A stretch of 64,000 nt of DNA from Narcine bancroftii (lineage: Eukaryota). Location: contig NC_091471.1 of NCBI RefSeq assembly GCF_036971445.1, forward strand, positions 351,974,001-352,038,000. Reading direction: 5' to 3'. Below the pieces are notes generated by a model. It was not told the DNA's origin. It did no database searches and was given only the letters and a program-made list of their open reading frames with translations. Both the position numbers and the translations under genes were made by a program. Shown here piece after piece: positions 23,244 to 36,217 of this stretch (position 1 is its first letter; each line of letters begins with the position of its first letter).

Positions 23244-24453
23244 CCCTCCACTCTTCAGCATCTGCTCCCACAACATCATCTTTCAAATATTTATCCATGT
23301 CCAACTTTTAAAGTAACATTCTGACCACTACCATCTGAGGGATAAAAATTTCTCCATTCCTTTTAAAAAAAGAGACACTTTTATGTCCCCTTGTTCACGA
23401 TTCTCTCACTGGTGAAAACATTTCCACATCTAGCCCATGAGACTTCCAACAGATCTTGTATATTTTGAACAAGATCATCCATTCGGGTTGCAGTCTCAAA
23501 TAACCTCTCTTGATTGGACAGTACCTTCATTCCATTAGTTATCCAGGTAAACTTCCTTTGCTTTGCCTCCAATGCTACTCCATCCTCTTTTGAAAAGGGG
23601 ACCTTGCCTCAGGTCCTTCGCACCTAACACTACTCAGACCCCACACTCCATCTGACTGACACTGAGCATTCTCACCACAAACACAGCAGTCGAAGCACAA
23701 GGAACGGAGACCAGACAATCAGGTCATACCTGATCCTTGACCATCTCCACAATCCCTCATGATTCCTTCACCATCCAATTCTTTGGAACTCGATCTACTG
23801 ATCGCATCCCTGACCACTCTCAAATGACTGACCACCCACAGCTCTCTGGGGCCATCACTTCCAAAGAGAGACAACCTGTAGTGAAGAAAATTCTTTCTCA
23901 CATGTCCAAAGTGTCTATCCTTTACCCTCACCACCAACAAATCATTCTGCTCCCAATTTTCAGTAGCCCGTGTGGAATTCATCCTTTGCTCCAAAGCCTT
24001 GCATGAATTACACCATCAATTCCTCTCAGAATTGTATTCCAAGTGACAACCTCTCACTGTCCAGAACTCCAGGCCAAACAAACATCCAGCCCCACAAACA
24101 GGAAATCACAGTGACAGATCATCAAACTGACATGAGCATGATTAGACAGCAAAATGGGTGGGAATCAACTCCTTCCAACAGGGGCAGGGCTCTCCAATTT
24201 ACCAAAGGCCTGGTCCCAAGAGCTTGAAAAGCAGCAGGCCAGGAACAGACGCACATGACACAATGGTGGATGAGAGCTGGATACCCCTGAGAGACTGCAA
24301 GATAGACAGATCAGACGGTGTCATTGCTGCTTTCAAGTGTTTATCTCTTTAAATAGGTTTGCTCTGTTATTAATCCACCAGAGCGCCGATGGTTTAGTGG
24401 CTTCAGATGCAAGAAGTGGTAAAAGAGAACAGATTAGTGCAAAATTACAACAA

Positions 24454-24886
24454 GAGTAGAAGTCCTAAAATCCAGACTGCTTGGGGATTGGGTCGGTCCA
24501 GATTCTCAGAAAGTATTTTTAAAATCAAAATTAAGGAAGAATAAAGAGATGAACAGGTAAATTTTGATAATTTATGCATTACCAAATACTTCATTTTTCT
24601 TTAAAATTGGTGGTTTTGATAAAGTCAACACGACAAAAATGCAGACATTTTTTCCACTACAGTGTAGTGCTTGAAATTACATTTAAAAATGAACTTGTAA
24701 AAGAGAAATACAGGATACAAATGAATTTCTTTGTGATAACATTACCTGTAATAAGTGTGGTCACTTGTTGTCGCTGTACATCTGTAGCGCTTACACACGC
24801 ACACAAAAGCCCACTAAATTTTAAAAGTATGAAAATTTTCGAAAAATCTGGATTCTCAGGTGGTCTGGGTTTCTGAACTTCTACTG
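24454..24886. mobile_element. Tc1/mariner (Tigger/pogo-like) MITE
   Basis: Imperfect TIRs gagtagaagtcctaaaatccaga and tctgggtttctgaacttctactg|ta. Confidence 0.6.
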
Positions 24887-26217
24887 TATTATCACTCACT
24901 CTACTGCTTTACTGTCAAGTTTACTGCAAGCCCATTACCTGCAGTGCAAGGCAGCTGGCCAACAACATATTGCTGTAAAGGTCAGAGCAAAACTACAGAA
25001 AGTCGAAGCAGAACCAATTAAACTTGCTCTGTACACAATGCTACAACTTGGAAGGTACTATACAAATGCAAGTGGTTCATCTGTAACCATGTGCAGCAAT
25101 AGTCAAAATTTATCCTGTTGCAAGCCCAGATAATGCAAATTCACCTTTAACCGAGACAGGCAATGACATCACAATCAGCTTTCCCCCATGAAATGGCTCA
25201 GTTATCTGTTACCATGGTGCAGCTAGTTATCTAGCCGTTTGGAGGTGCGCGAAGTCACATTATTTTGTGCAATGCACGGCAAGATTTCTCAGAATGCAGG
25301 AATTCACTGTGCCGGGACATGGCAGGCATATAGCAGAGGCAGACAAACATCCCAACACCTGCCCTGTGACACAAGGTCACTGCAGACCCAAATGTCAAGA
25401 CAAGGAGACCCCTTCCAGCCAAGAGCAAGGGATTCAGAGGAACAAAAGAGGTCAAATACCCAAAGTAGCAATTTTTAGAATTATTAAAAACAAAAATGAA
25501 TTTTGCCTCAAATCATAGCAGACCCACAACCAAACCACACTCCAGACCATCAAACAAAAATCTTGGCCTTGGCACGGATTCCCTGGCAGCTTCCCTTCAC
25601 TTGAAGCCCGGAGATTGAATGGTCAAATCCCACTCAGACTGGAGCAGAGGAGGTGTGCGGAGCTGAGGGACAGTTGCCGAGTGGGGGAACCACCTCAGAC
25701 CCAACTTCACCGAGCCCGATGTTGAGAAAGGACACCTAAAAAAATCCAGGATGGAGAGTTCTCGAGTGTATCCTTGAGAAATAAATGTATCAAAAATGAT
25801 TATTCTGGATGACAACCGCACTCAAGAACATTGTCAACTGGCTCCACAGGTGAAAGCCACAACAGAAGTACCCATATTTGCTTTTCACTTGTCGCAGGCA
25901 ATGATCAACATCAGGCACTCACTTCCCCAAGTATCGATAGCCCAGGGTCCAAACCCAAGAATACCTTGCAATGGGTTTCTGTCCAGTGGTGAGCACAGTT
26001 ATGCTAGAACAGGCGCCACTCCACTTCACCACCAGGTCCACTGCATTGTCATGTGGTCCACTATAACCACCAATCACTGGTAAGTTACCAAGTAACACAC
26101 TGCAGGTTCTCAATATACAGAGGCACACGAGATAGAAACAGGCTCTTGACCCAACTTGTCCATGCTGACCACAATGCCCCATTCACATTAGTCCCACCCT
26201 GCCCAGCCTATGCAACC

Positions 26218-26320
26218 ATATCTTGATGAAGGGCTTAAGCCCGAAACTTTGGTGATGTACCTTCATCTTTGCTAATAGAGTACAATGTTTGACCTGCTGA
26301 GTTTCTCCAACATTTTTTTT
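26218..26320 (+). mobile_element. Penelope-like element terminal repeat with hammerhead-like core
   Basis: cttgatga-agggcttaagccc-gaaac followed by gacctgctgagtttctcca; related copies occur elsewhere in the window. Confidence 0.65.
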
Positions 26321-26486
26321 ACTCCAGCCTATCCAGGTATTTGTCCAAATGTTTGTTAAATGTTGCAAGAGTGCCCATCCCGACAATCTCCTCTGGCAGC
26401 TTGCTCAATACAGTCATAACCCTGGGTAAATATAAAGTTACACCTTAAATCTCTCCAAACCCCCACCCCCTCACCTCACCTTAAAC

Positions 26487-26606
26487 CAATGATTCTCAAC
26501 CTTTTTCTTTCCACTCACATCCTATGGCATAGGTGCTCTGTGGTTAGTAAAGGATTACTTACAGTGGTAAGTGAGTTGGGGGGGAAAGTAAGGTTGAGAA
26601 TCATTG
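26487..26606. mobile_element. 120-bp hAT-Charlie-type MITE with perfect TIRs and 8-bp TSD
   Basis: 17-bp TIR caatgattctcaacctt/aaggttgagaatcattg; TSD ccttaaac at 26479-26486 and 26607-26614. Confidence 0.92.
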
Positions 26607-26999
26607 CCTTAAACGCACATCTTCTAGTTCTCAATTCACCTCCTCTGGGTAAAATGCTCCTCATGGTATTATCCTAGTATTCTGTGGATGTAAACCCTTG
26701 GAAAACACTACAAATCATAATCAAAGCATTTTGCCTGATGTTGAAAAACTGGACAAGGCAGTATGAGTGAAACGAGATATTTCACTGCCCACCAGATCAA
26801 CAGTATTGCTCCAAGGTGGAAGACTAGTATTTGTGCATGACAGTCTCGGGGGGGGGGGGGGGGGGGGAAGAATCTCAAATCACTTCACAGCCAATCAACG
26901 CATCCACAACTGTAGCCATTTCTGTAATGTACTAAATAAACCTGATAGCCAATCCGAGTGAGTATGATCCCAGGCAGCAACAGGACAAGGACGAGATTA

Positions 27000-27210
27000 C
27001 CTTTTTAAAAAAATGTAGACATAGAGCAGAGTAACAGGCCTTTTCAATCCACATACCTGTGCCATCCAATTACACCCAATTGACCTACAACCCCTGTACA
27101 CCCAGAGGAACGCCTAGTGGATGTGAGAACGTACAAACTACCTACAGACAGCGTGGGATTCAAACCCCGGACCCAATCATTAGTATTTCACTAATCTCTA
27201 CGCTAACCAT
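27000..27210 (-). mobile_element. V-SINE (HE1-like), degenerate
   Basis: Reverse complement of the SINE head and V-domain (gagaacgtacaaacta...gggattcaaacccc). Confidence 0.65.
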
Positions 27211-30200
27211 TCTACCCTTTAATTCCAGTATAATTAGCCAGACCACCAGGTCAGCAGTATCACAGCCAAGGTAGGTGGATTGAATGAGTGGTATCCAGAC
27301 GCAGGGTGAGACTCTTAAACTTGCATTATTAAAATGACCTGCATGACAGAAGGATGCACAAGAGATATGACATCTGCAGATGTCACTCAAAGCATTGCAA
27401 CATCAAAAGTAAAACTTGGGTTTCAACCAGGTGCAATTTAATTTGGTGTGAGATTGGATAGACAGACGCAGATTACTGGATGGATACAGGCTCATGGCAG
27501 AAAACAGGAAGAGAGCCAAGAGCTTCAGCTAAACAGCTTTGCAAATGTCTGGTGTTCATCAGCAGATGAGGAGGGAATACTTGGCTCTACAAGTGTTGCA
27601 ACCAGGAGAGTCAACTCGGAGACATTCACTGTTGGAGTGGTGAGAAACCATCAGCTTCAGGTCATTGGCAGAAGGTCACTAGAACTGAAGGCTGAAGAGA
27701 GCAGGCAGCCAAGAGAGATGGGTGAAGGGTGAGCAGGAGGTTTGACAGAAGCATTTAAGGGCTGAAGATGCATTATTCTAATAAATTCGTTCTGCCACCA
27801 CAATTCAAATGAAATTAATGACTCCAAGCACCCAAGAATCCAATTTATTATCTTCAAGTGAAGACCAGCAATATGAAAGGTACACAATGAAATCTTAGAA
27901 CATCCTGAACCATTTTCCAGCCAATTAATTAATTCTAAAGGTGAAATTCAAGAACAGAGTCAGACTTGAAAATGCAAGGACAAAATATTAAAACCTGTCT
28001 GGTTTGCTGCAAATTGTGGTAATTCTGTCGGATACAGGCTCGGGTACATAAAGTGAATGGCAGAGAGATAGTGGACACAGACATAGATTGGGGGAGGGGA
28101 GCACTGGGGAGATGCCCCAGCAGGCTTAAATTCCAACTGGTTTATGGGTCCCCTCTCTTCCTGAGATGGAGTCTGTGGTCCTCCCAAAAGCCAATTCCAA
28201 CCCCTAAGAACTGGTTGGAACCTCAATCCTGGGTGATGAGGCGAGATTACGCTGGACACATAGTGGAGAAGCCAGGGGTTTGGTTGATGTCGAGAGGTGG
28301 TTTAGGCTGAACAGGTAGGAGATCAGTAGAACATTGTCAGTCCATAAGATTCTGAACATCTTCCTTAAGGCAGAGCCTTCAGAAATGTGCCACTCACGAG
28401 AAATTCAGAAACAATTCTTTACTCAATGGGTGAGTCTCCCTCCCATTAAGAAAAGTGCTATCTGGTGATGAAAACCTGTACAATTTGACAGCCACAGGAA
28501 AAAGATGTGGACCAGAGGAGTATGGGGTTGAGGGAAGAGATCAACTGTAATGACATTTCAGGGCAGGTTTGAGAGGCTGAAGAGCCTCTAGCTCTCCTAC
28601 CACTGCACAGCCAGAGAAGCCAAGGACTTTGGCAATGTCCCAGCAGCCATTCCAAGTAGAGAAGGTTGCAAAGGTTAGCATGGCCCAATGCCAAACCTTG
28701 CCCATGGCAACAGCCAATGAGCAAAAAGATCCTGGGTGGGAATTTAAAACTCCATAGTTGAACTCGGGTAACGCCACTGTAAATAGCTCCCAGGAGGCAA
28801 GGCTTCAGAGTGGAGTTAATGGATCCCAGATTTATTTCTGCCTCCAGTCAGAACAAGTATCTGGCTTCCTTCCTGATCATCTGCTGTAACTGCAGTCTTG
28901 GCCTGACCAAGAGGAACCAGCAGTGGGTCCCCACGACACTCACCTGCAGTATCCATCAGCATCAACTCATCGACCTCTAGAAGCTGGGAACCTTCACATA
29001 ACCCGTCAGTGCAGTGGGGGGGGGGGGGGGTGGAATCCTAGTCTCACCAGTTGGTGCAAACAAATCAGAGGTGTGGCAGTAAGTGACAGAAATTACTCCT
29101 TCCCTCCCCTTTCCACTGTTCCCCAAAGCAACCCCCTGTACATCCTAAGGTAATTGTGTCAGGCCATGGATTGAGCAATGGAAAGGAGCAAGAAAGGATG
29201 GAAGGAAGAGGCAGAATCAGGCCCTTCAGTGCACAATGTCCATACTGACCAACATAGCTGTGGTGCGCTGTTGGGACCCTGGTTCTGTTAAATGGGATCT
29301 TGTTACAATTACTGGAGAGTCTGCAGAATTTCACGTCCATGGACTGCTCCAGGAAATTTGATCTTGGAAATGGATACAGAGCTGTGGGATCAGCAGATAT
29401 TGAGCCACACTTCAGGGAACAGATTAAAGCAGAGCAGAGGATGGGGATGCCTTTAAACATGGACAAAATGCTCCCAAAGAGTGCTATGAAGCAACTGGTG
29501 AGGTGGCCCCCCCGCCCCTGCCTTTCCACAGGGCCTTAAAAGAGGACACATCACCAGAGTCACTGATGTTCCACAGGGCAATGATTACAATCCTGACCAA
29601 GTGCAAGTGTTCCTCAACTCCTCTCACACTGACACCGAGAGAAGATGTGCCAAGGCTCACTGGAAAATGCACCAGTTGCCAGACTGGATGGTAAAAGAAG
29701 GGTTAAAGGATGACAGGAGAGTGATTTGAAAGGCTTCAAATTGAGATGAATTATTCTAGAACTGTGCTAATGGTTGACAGTTGTCAGAGGCAAGGAAACA
29801 AGTTCCTGACAAGTAGAAAGAAACCTCCAATTCCAAGCAAAGAATAGGCAAAGCATCACAGCTGGGGTGAGGGAAGAGGCAAGGGTTTTATTTTCATAAA
29901 TCACACAGAAACCAAGAGAATGAGGATTAGGTCACAAGAGCCTTCGACTTGTTGTTAATTACCTTTTGAAAGGCATACAGTAGTGCAGATGACATAAAGG
30001 CGACTGAGTGGTTACAATTGCCTCAGAAAATGACAACTTAAATTATAAACTTAAAGAGTGAAACTGATACCAGGATATGGATTGGAAATAGATTAAAAAA
30101 AAAGGCAATTTGAACCACAGTGCAAGTTTAAACATTGTTGAGTTTGGTTTTTCAAAAATACCATTCTTGCCTCACCAGCAGGCAAGATGAAGGAGAGGTG

Positions 30201-31729
30201 TAAAAGAGAGGCAAGGCTCCTGCACCCTCGAGAAGTGAAGATGTGCCACACTAATGCAAGGAATCATAATCAGACAAAAAGTTTGCAACACCTCAGGATA
30301 TTCCAAAGCTCTTTCCAACCAAAGCAGGTGTCAGTGCTATTGCAATGTTGAGAACATCTCAGAGTCAAACCACGTTGACAATTGGAAACAAAAGTACAAT
30401 TAATAATTTTTAAAAAAATCAATATTGGTCCCAAGGACCCGGGAAGAAAGTTATTTTGAAATGGCCGCTTTGAATGATTTTCTTCCACACGAGGAACAAT
30501 AGGGTCTCAGTTTACATCTTATCCCAGAGCACCTCTGGGTGCAACTCCAGGTTACACTGGATTGCCCATCTGGATCAGTAAGCTCCAGGAAGGAAAGGGT
30601 CTTGGTCCAAGGGACCGATGATTCCAAGGAAGCAATGAAGCAAGGCACTGCCAACATCAGCACCTGGACCCAAAAGGAGAGCAATATTATTCAGTTAATG
30701 TGGGGATGGGATGGGTGCAGGAAAATTAACATTCCACAGCCAGATCAGTGCACTCAAAGCACCTTTCAGCAGAAACATTGCTGTGTGGGAGATCATTTGG
30801 ACAGGGGGCCCCAATGCACTCGCACAAACAAAGATTCTAAATGCCCTCACCTGGGTGGTCAGATCAAGGGAAGACACAGTTTTTATTTTGTTTTACTGTA
30901 GCTGGACTTCAGCTGAGCCAGTCTTTCAACTTCTCATGTGAAGCTAGGATTGGATCAGGTGAATGTTCGTATGAACCATCAGCACTTATTGCCAGCACAG
31001 TCTTGTCCTGAATTCAGGTCCTGATAATTTGCTTCATTTTACTGAATGTGCCCTTAACATATATTTGGCCTCTTGCACTCAAATGTGTGAAATTGTCAGA
31101 TCCACAGCAAGAAAAAAGTAATAAATACTCAAACTTGGATCCAGTTTTGAAGTTAACCAAGCAGACCTGGATCCAGGTGTAACAACAGGCCATTGAATTC
31201 ACAAAAGAATCATCCAACTCCATCCCCGTGAAAACATGGGCACGAGTTCACCACTTGGTGCCAGCTCCATCTGATCACATGATCACAGCCAATCCTCTGT
31301 TTGACCTGCTCCTCTCCCTCCCCCCACCCCACCCATGTCCCCATGTCCAAAATCCACATTGATCCAGGTCTTGAATGCATTCAGCAACCAAGTATTCTCA
31401 AGCTGAAAATTCTCCTAGAACCTGATAGTAATTCCACCCCACCCCAATTTTACAATTTTTTTTTAAAAACCAGCCCGAGGCACAGCAGACACCCATCTCC
31501 AATAGGGGACAAGGCATGCTTGACTGGGGGGGGGGGGTCAACACAAGGCAGGCAACATTTCTACAAGGTGTTCAACATACAATGCCAACTCTGTGTACAG
31601 CTCCATCTGGGTTGCTGCTTCCCCCCCCACCCCATCCAGTGGCCTGGAGCCCAGCAAGAACAGGTGGAATCTCCATCCAAAATGTCAGGTAAAGAGCAGT
31701 GTTAAACTCCCCAGTCAAACCAAAGTGTT

Positions 31730-32210
31730 GGTCTCAGCAAGTGCTCACCAGCAGCATTGAGGCCTGGTACGGGGATACCAATAGCCCCAAATGCAAAGAC
31801 TTGCAAAAGGTAGTGTACTACACAGTCAGGATATCACAGGCAAGGTCCTCCCACCACTCACAGGGGATGCTGCTGTCGGAGAGCAGCTGCAATCATCAAG
31901 GATCCACACCACCCAGCACACTGTTCTCACTGCTGCCATTGGGAAAGATTCAAGAACAGCTGCTTCCCCTCCACAATCAGACTCCTCAACAACAAACTCA
32001 ATCAGGGACTCTTACTTGTGCACTTTACTGTGTTTTTTTTAATATTCTCTCTCTATTGCACTATTTATTAACATTTCCTTATTTGTTAACATGTCCACAT
32101 TGTGTACAATTTTGTTTGCACTACTACCAAGTGGTTATTCTGCCTCACTCACTGGAAAAAAAATCTCAGGGTTCTGTGATGTCATGTATGTACGGACAAT
32201 AAATCTGAAA
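31730..32210 (+). mobile_element. Rex1/Babar LINE 3' end
   Basis: VLTSSIEAWYG...KDLQKVV, atcatcaaggatccacaccaccc and the shared 3' UTR. Confidence 0.85.
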
Positions 32211-33307
32211 AAGAGTACTGCCCATCCTCACGTAACCAAATGTGTATTTCAGCAGAAAGCTCCACTTTCTGAACTGAAACCACAACGCTCCATGCTCATG
32301 CTAAAGTGTAGACTCTACACTGCAATTGGGGGTAAAACTGCAACCTTAATCCAGAGTACTGTACAAGACCATCACACAAAGAGTTATTGTGCAATGACAA
32401 TGGCTCATGGTGGGTCACAAGACTGCCAGCATCACAAGTTCAAATAACAATTGACTTCTTATTTTTGTTTGTGGATGCACTTTTCAAATCTGTAGGAAGA
32501 GCAAGTTGTTAAACTGCACTTCAAGATTACTGGGCTAATCCAGTGACAGAAAATAGAGCTGTCATCAATGGTACATTGAAATGGAACACGGCCACACTCA
32601 CCCAAGGATGACCATTTCAAAATAAAAACCTAAAAACTGCATTCGGATATCTTCATGGTTATTTAAAATGAGGTGTTAAGCCACGAGTATTTTCTTGACA
32701 GAACAGTGCTTCTATTCAAGTGCGAGCCTACAGCTAAAACCACTCGAGCTTTCGATTTCTGACACTTAAAATTAGCTGGAGAAGCAGAAACTGCGGGAGA
32801 GACAGGCTGTGAGAGGAAGGCAGCAGACTTCACAGCAGCAGCCAAAGAAGGGGAGGTTGGAATGTGGATATGTTTTTAAACTGGCACCAACACAAGGCAA
32901 GATTCACCCGCTTGGATGGGTTTGAGGTTTTTGACAACTGCCCCCTGTTCGCAAGGTTTCTTAAATTCACGCCATTAAGACGATTTCAATTCAATTAAAA
33001 AAAAATCTCAAAGCAATTCATTCTGCAAACAGCTAGTTGGAGAGACCAAGTTTTGGGAACTGCTGCCACTGGGCAGATGAAGACTGGCTGCAGGAATCCC
33101 AACAGCCAGAACGTCCTGCATCGGAGAAAGCAGGGCGAACGGGGAATGGCACATCACCTTCAGATGAAAGCGGAACTAAGCGGGGAGACTGCGATCTCCA
33201 CCAGCTCCAAGACTTCCCCCTTCCCCACCCAGCCACTTCTCCCCCATTCGCTGCCAAACGACCAAAGTTTTGCAGAACACACCCAGATCCAACGGCGGTC
33301 TACGTAC

Positions 33308-33339
33308 CTTGACATTGGAATCCTTGCTTCCCAAAGCCC
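33308..33339 (-). CDS. PRKCA: Conventional PKC coding exon 2 (32 nt, (W)GFGKQGFQCQ(V))
   Basis: ttcttgcAG|GGGCTTTGGGAAGCAAGGATTCCAATGTCAAG|GTacgta on the minus strand. It completes the split Trp codon of exon 1. Size and phase match exon 2 of vertebrate cPKC genes. Intron 1 is 268 nt. Confidence 0.94.
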
Positions 33340-33606
33340 CTGCAAGAACGAAAACAAAATAATTAGGGAGAGAATGAGAGAGAGAAAACTGGGAAAAGAA
33401 AGAGGAACTAGAACAATGTTTCGCGAAACAAGTCTCCCCGGAGGGCAGGGATGGGGAAGGGCGGGCAGGCAGAGGCTGACCCCAGGGGTGGGTTAAAGGG
33501 TTGGGCAAAGTTTGCAACAAGTTCAGCGAGTTGGGGGAAAGTTTGGAGAGGAAGTTGGGAGGCCGGGATGTGCCCTCCCTCTGTTTCTTCACCCCCCCCC
33601 CCCTCA

Positions 33607-33990
<384 letters not shown>

Positions 33991-33997
33991 AGCGCGG

Positions 33998-34500
33998 AGC
34001 GGCTCGACACTGCCCCCTGGCCCCTACGCGGAGATGTGCAGTGGCTCAACGCTGCCCCCTGGCCCCAATGTGGAGATGTGCAGCGGCTCGACGCTGCCCC
34101 CTGGCCCCAACGCGGAGATGTGCCACGGCTCGACGCTGCCCCCTGGCCCCCAACGCGGAGATGTGCAACGGCTCGACGCTGCCCCCTGGCCCCAACGCGG
34201 AGATGTGCCGCGGCTCGACACTGCCCCCTGGCCCCAGCGTGGAGATGTGCTACAGCTCGACACTCCTCCCCTGGCCCCAGCGCTGAGCGGCTCGACACCT
34301 CAAACTGGCTCCAAGGCGAGATACTGCCCCTTGGCCCCAGAGTCGAGCGGCTCGATGCTGCCCCCGGCGTGGAGATGTGCTGCAGCTCGACATTGCCCCC
34401 TGGCCCCAGCCCCAAGACACTGCCCCTGGCCCCAGCTCCAAACGGCTCGACACTGCCCCCAACGGGGAAATGTGGGGTCGCTCGACATTGCCCCCTGAGC
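33998..34500. repeat. GC/CpG-rich minisatellite, ~38-bp unit (cggctcgacgctgccccctggccccaacgcggagatgtgc), directly upstream of the PKC promoter
   Basis: About 7 well-conserved units followed by degenerate units, visible directly in the sequence and as repetitive ORFs. Confidence 0.93.
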
Positions 34501-34559
34501 CCGGTGCAGAGGAACAATACACGGGACTAAGTCTTTTGGTCTGTCATGTCCGTATATCT

Positions 34560-35090
34560 TTTAAGATATACTTCACGGTAATAGGCCCTTCTGGCCCATG
34601 GGACCATGCCATCCAATTGACCTCCAACACCCCCAAAACGTTTTGAAGGGCGGGAGGAAATAGTAGCCCCTGGGGAAACACACACACACACAGGGAGAAT
34701 GTACAAATTCCTTACTAATAGCACAGCGGGTCGCTGGCGCAGTAGTGGCATTGCACTAACCATGACGTTTTAAATGAATCCCATCTGCTTTATATGGTCT
34801 ATATGCCTCCTTATACCCCGAGTGTTCATTTGCCTCTCCAAACGCTTAAACGCTGCAAAATTATCTGCTTTCACCATCTCTCCTGGGATAAACTCAAAGT
34901 TAAAACATCTCGCCTCTCCTTTAAACTCCCTCTCCCCCATCTCATCTTAAACGCGCACCCTTCAGTATTTAACATTTCTGCTGTGAGGAAGACAAAAAAG
35001 ATTCTGACCGGCCACCCCAGCCATCGTTTTATAAAGTTCCACCAGATCACCCTTCATGCTGCAGAGGAAAAGTTCCAAGTTCATTCAATT
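34560..35090 (-). mobile_element. V-SINE followed by a CR1 3' fragment (degenerate)
   Basis: gggagaatgtacaaattcctt V-domain complement, then CR1-like ctcctttaaact...ttaaacgcgcaccct. Confidence 0.6.
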
Positions 35091-35419
35091 TCTCCTGATG
35101 AAAGACTCAAGAGATCTTGATGAAGAGCTCAAGCCCAAATAGTTGGCTATTTATTTTCACCTTTGCTCTATAAAGGACACTGTTGGACCTGCTGAGTTTC
35201 TCCTGCTTTATGTTTTTACTTTTTTTTTGTGCTCATTTAATACCTTGTCCACTTCCCATGGCTCCAAACATAAATTCCCATCTTATCACAGAGTAGCCCT
35301 ACCTTTTCCTGAGGTGCCCTCATTTTTAACTTGTGTAGAACATTTTTAACAAACATTTCTTTATCCCACCCATCAAGAACATTTTGAGGCTGCTTTTGAC
35401 CCTTCTAATTCAGAGTTCT

Positions 35420-35755
35420 TCCCTACAAGATTATGAGGCATCTAAAGAGCAGACAACCAGCACCTTTCACAGGGCCAAGAGTAGCAAATGCCAGAGGACA
35501 TCTGTACGAAGTGAGGGGAGGAACATTTAGGGGAGATGTCAGGGGTACCTTTTCTTTAAGACAGATAGTAGTGGGTGCCTGGAATGTGTTGCCAGCTATC
35601 AAAGTGGAGGCTTGTACAATGGGGGCATTTAAAAGACAGACACATGGATGAAAGAAAAGTAGAGGGCTATGAGGTAGGGAAGGTTTAGTTATTTGAGTAG
35701 GTCAACACAACATTGTGGGCCAAAGGGGCTGAACTGTGTTGTTATGTTCTATGTG
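35420..35755 (+). mobile_element. CR1-type LINE 3' fragment
   Basis: ARGHLYEVRGGTFRGDVRGTF...VVGAWNVLP motif. Confidence 0.82.
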
Positions 35756-35881
35756 ACTTCAGCTTTCATAATCTTTCTTCTCCTTCCTGTCTACATTTAA
35801 CCACAATTCTCATCATCCATCATCCCCAAATCTTTACCATTTTCATCTTCTCCTGAAAACATGTCAGTCCAGAATTCTGGT

Positions 35882-36217
35882 CAGTGGCTCTTCAAACAGC
35901 TCCCACCTGACAGGTGTGGCCTCAATGAACAGTGGCTCTTCAAACAGCTCCCACCTGACAGGTGTGGCCTCAATGAACAGTGGCTCTTCAAACAGCTCCC
36001 ACCTGACAGGTGTGGCCTTAACGAACAGTGGCTCTTCAAACAGCTCCCACCTGACAGGTGTGGCCTTAACGAACAGTGGCTCTTCAAACAGCTCCCACCT
36101 AACAGGTGTGGCCTTAACGAACAGTGGCTCTTCAAACAGCTCCCACCTGACAGGTGTGGCCTTAACGAACAGTGGCTCTTCAAACAGCTCCCACCTGACA
36201 GGTGTGGCTTTAACAAA
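35882..36217. repeat. Near-perfect 48-bp tandem repeat, 7 copies
   Basis: Unit cagtggctcttcaaacagctcccacctgacaggtgtggcct(c/t)aa(t/c)gaa, with no spacers. Confidence 0.97.

Noticed and set aside
22776-23324. Pro/Gly/Arg-rich ORFs in several frames
   Set aside because: Artefacts of a stop-free GC minisatellite.
28698-28720. X-box-like ttgcccatggcaac next to CCAAT
   Set aside because: An isolated short motif pair without other support; could occur by chance in 64 kb.
29065-29694. Cluster of 60-154 aa ORFs in non-repetitive DNA
   Set aside because: No recognisable domain or convincing splice-site pair; consistent with chance ORFs.
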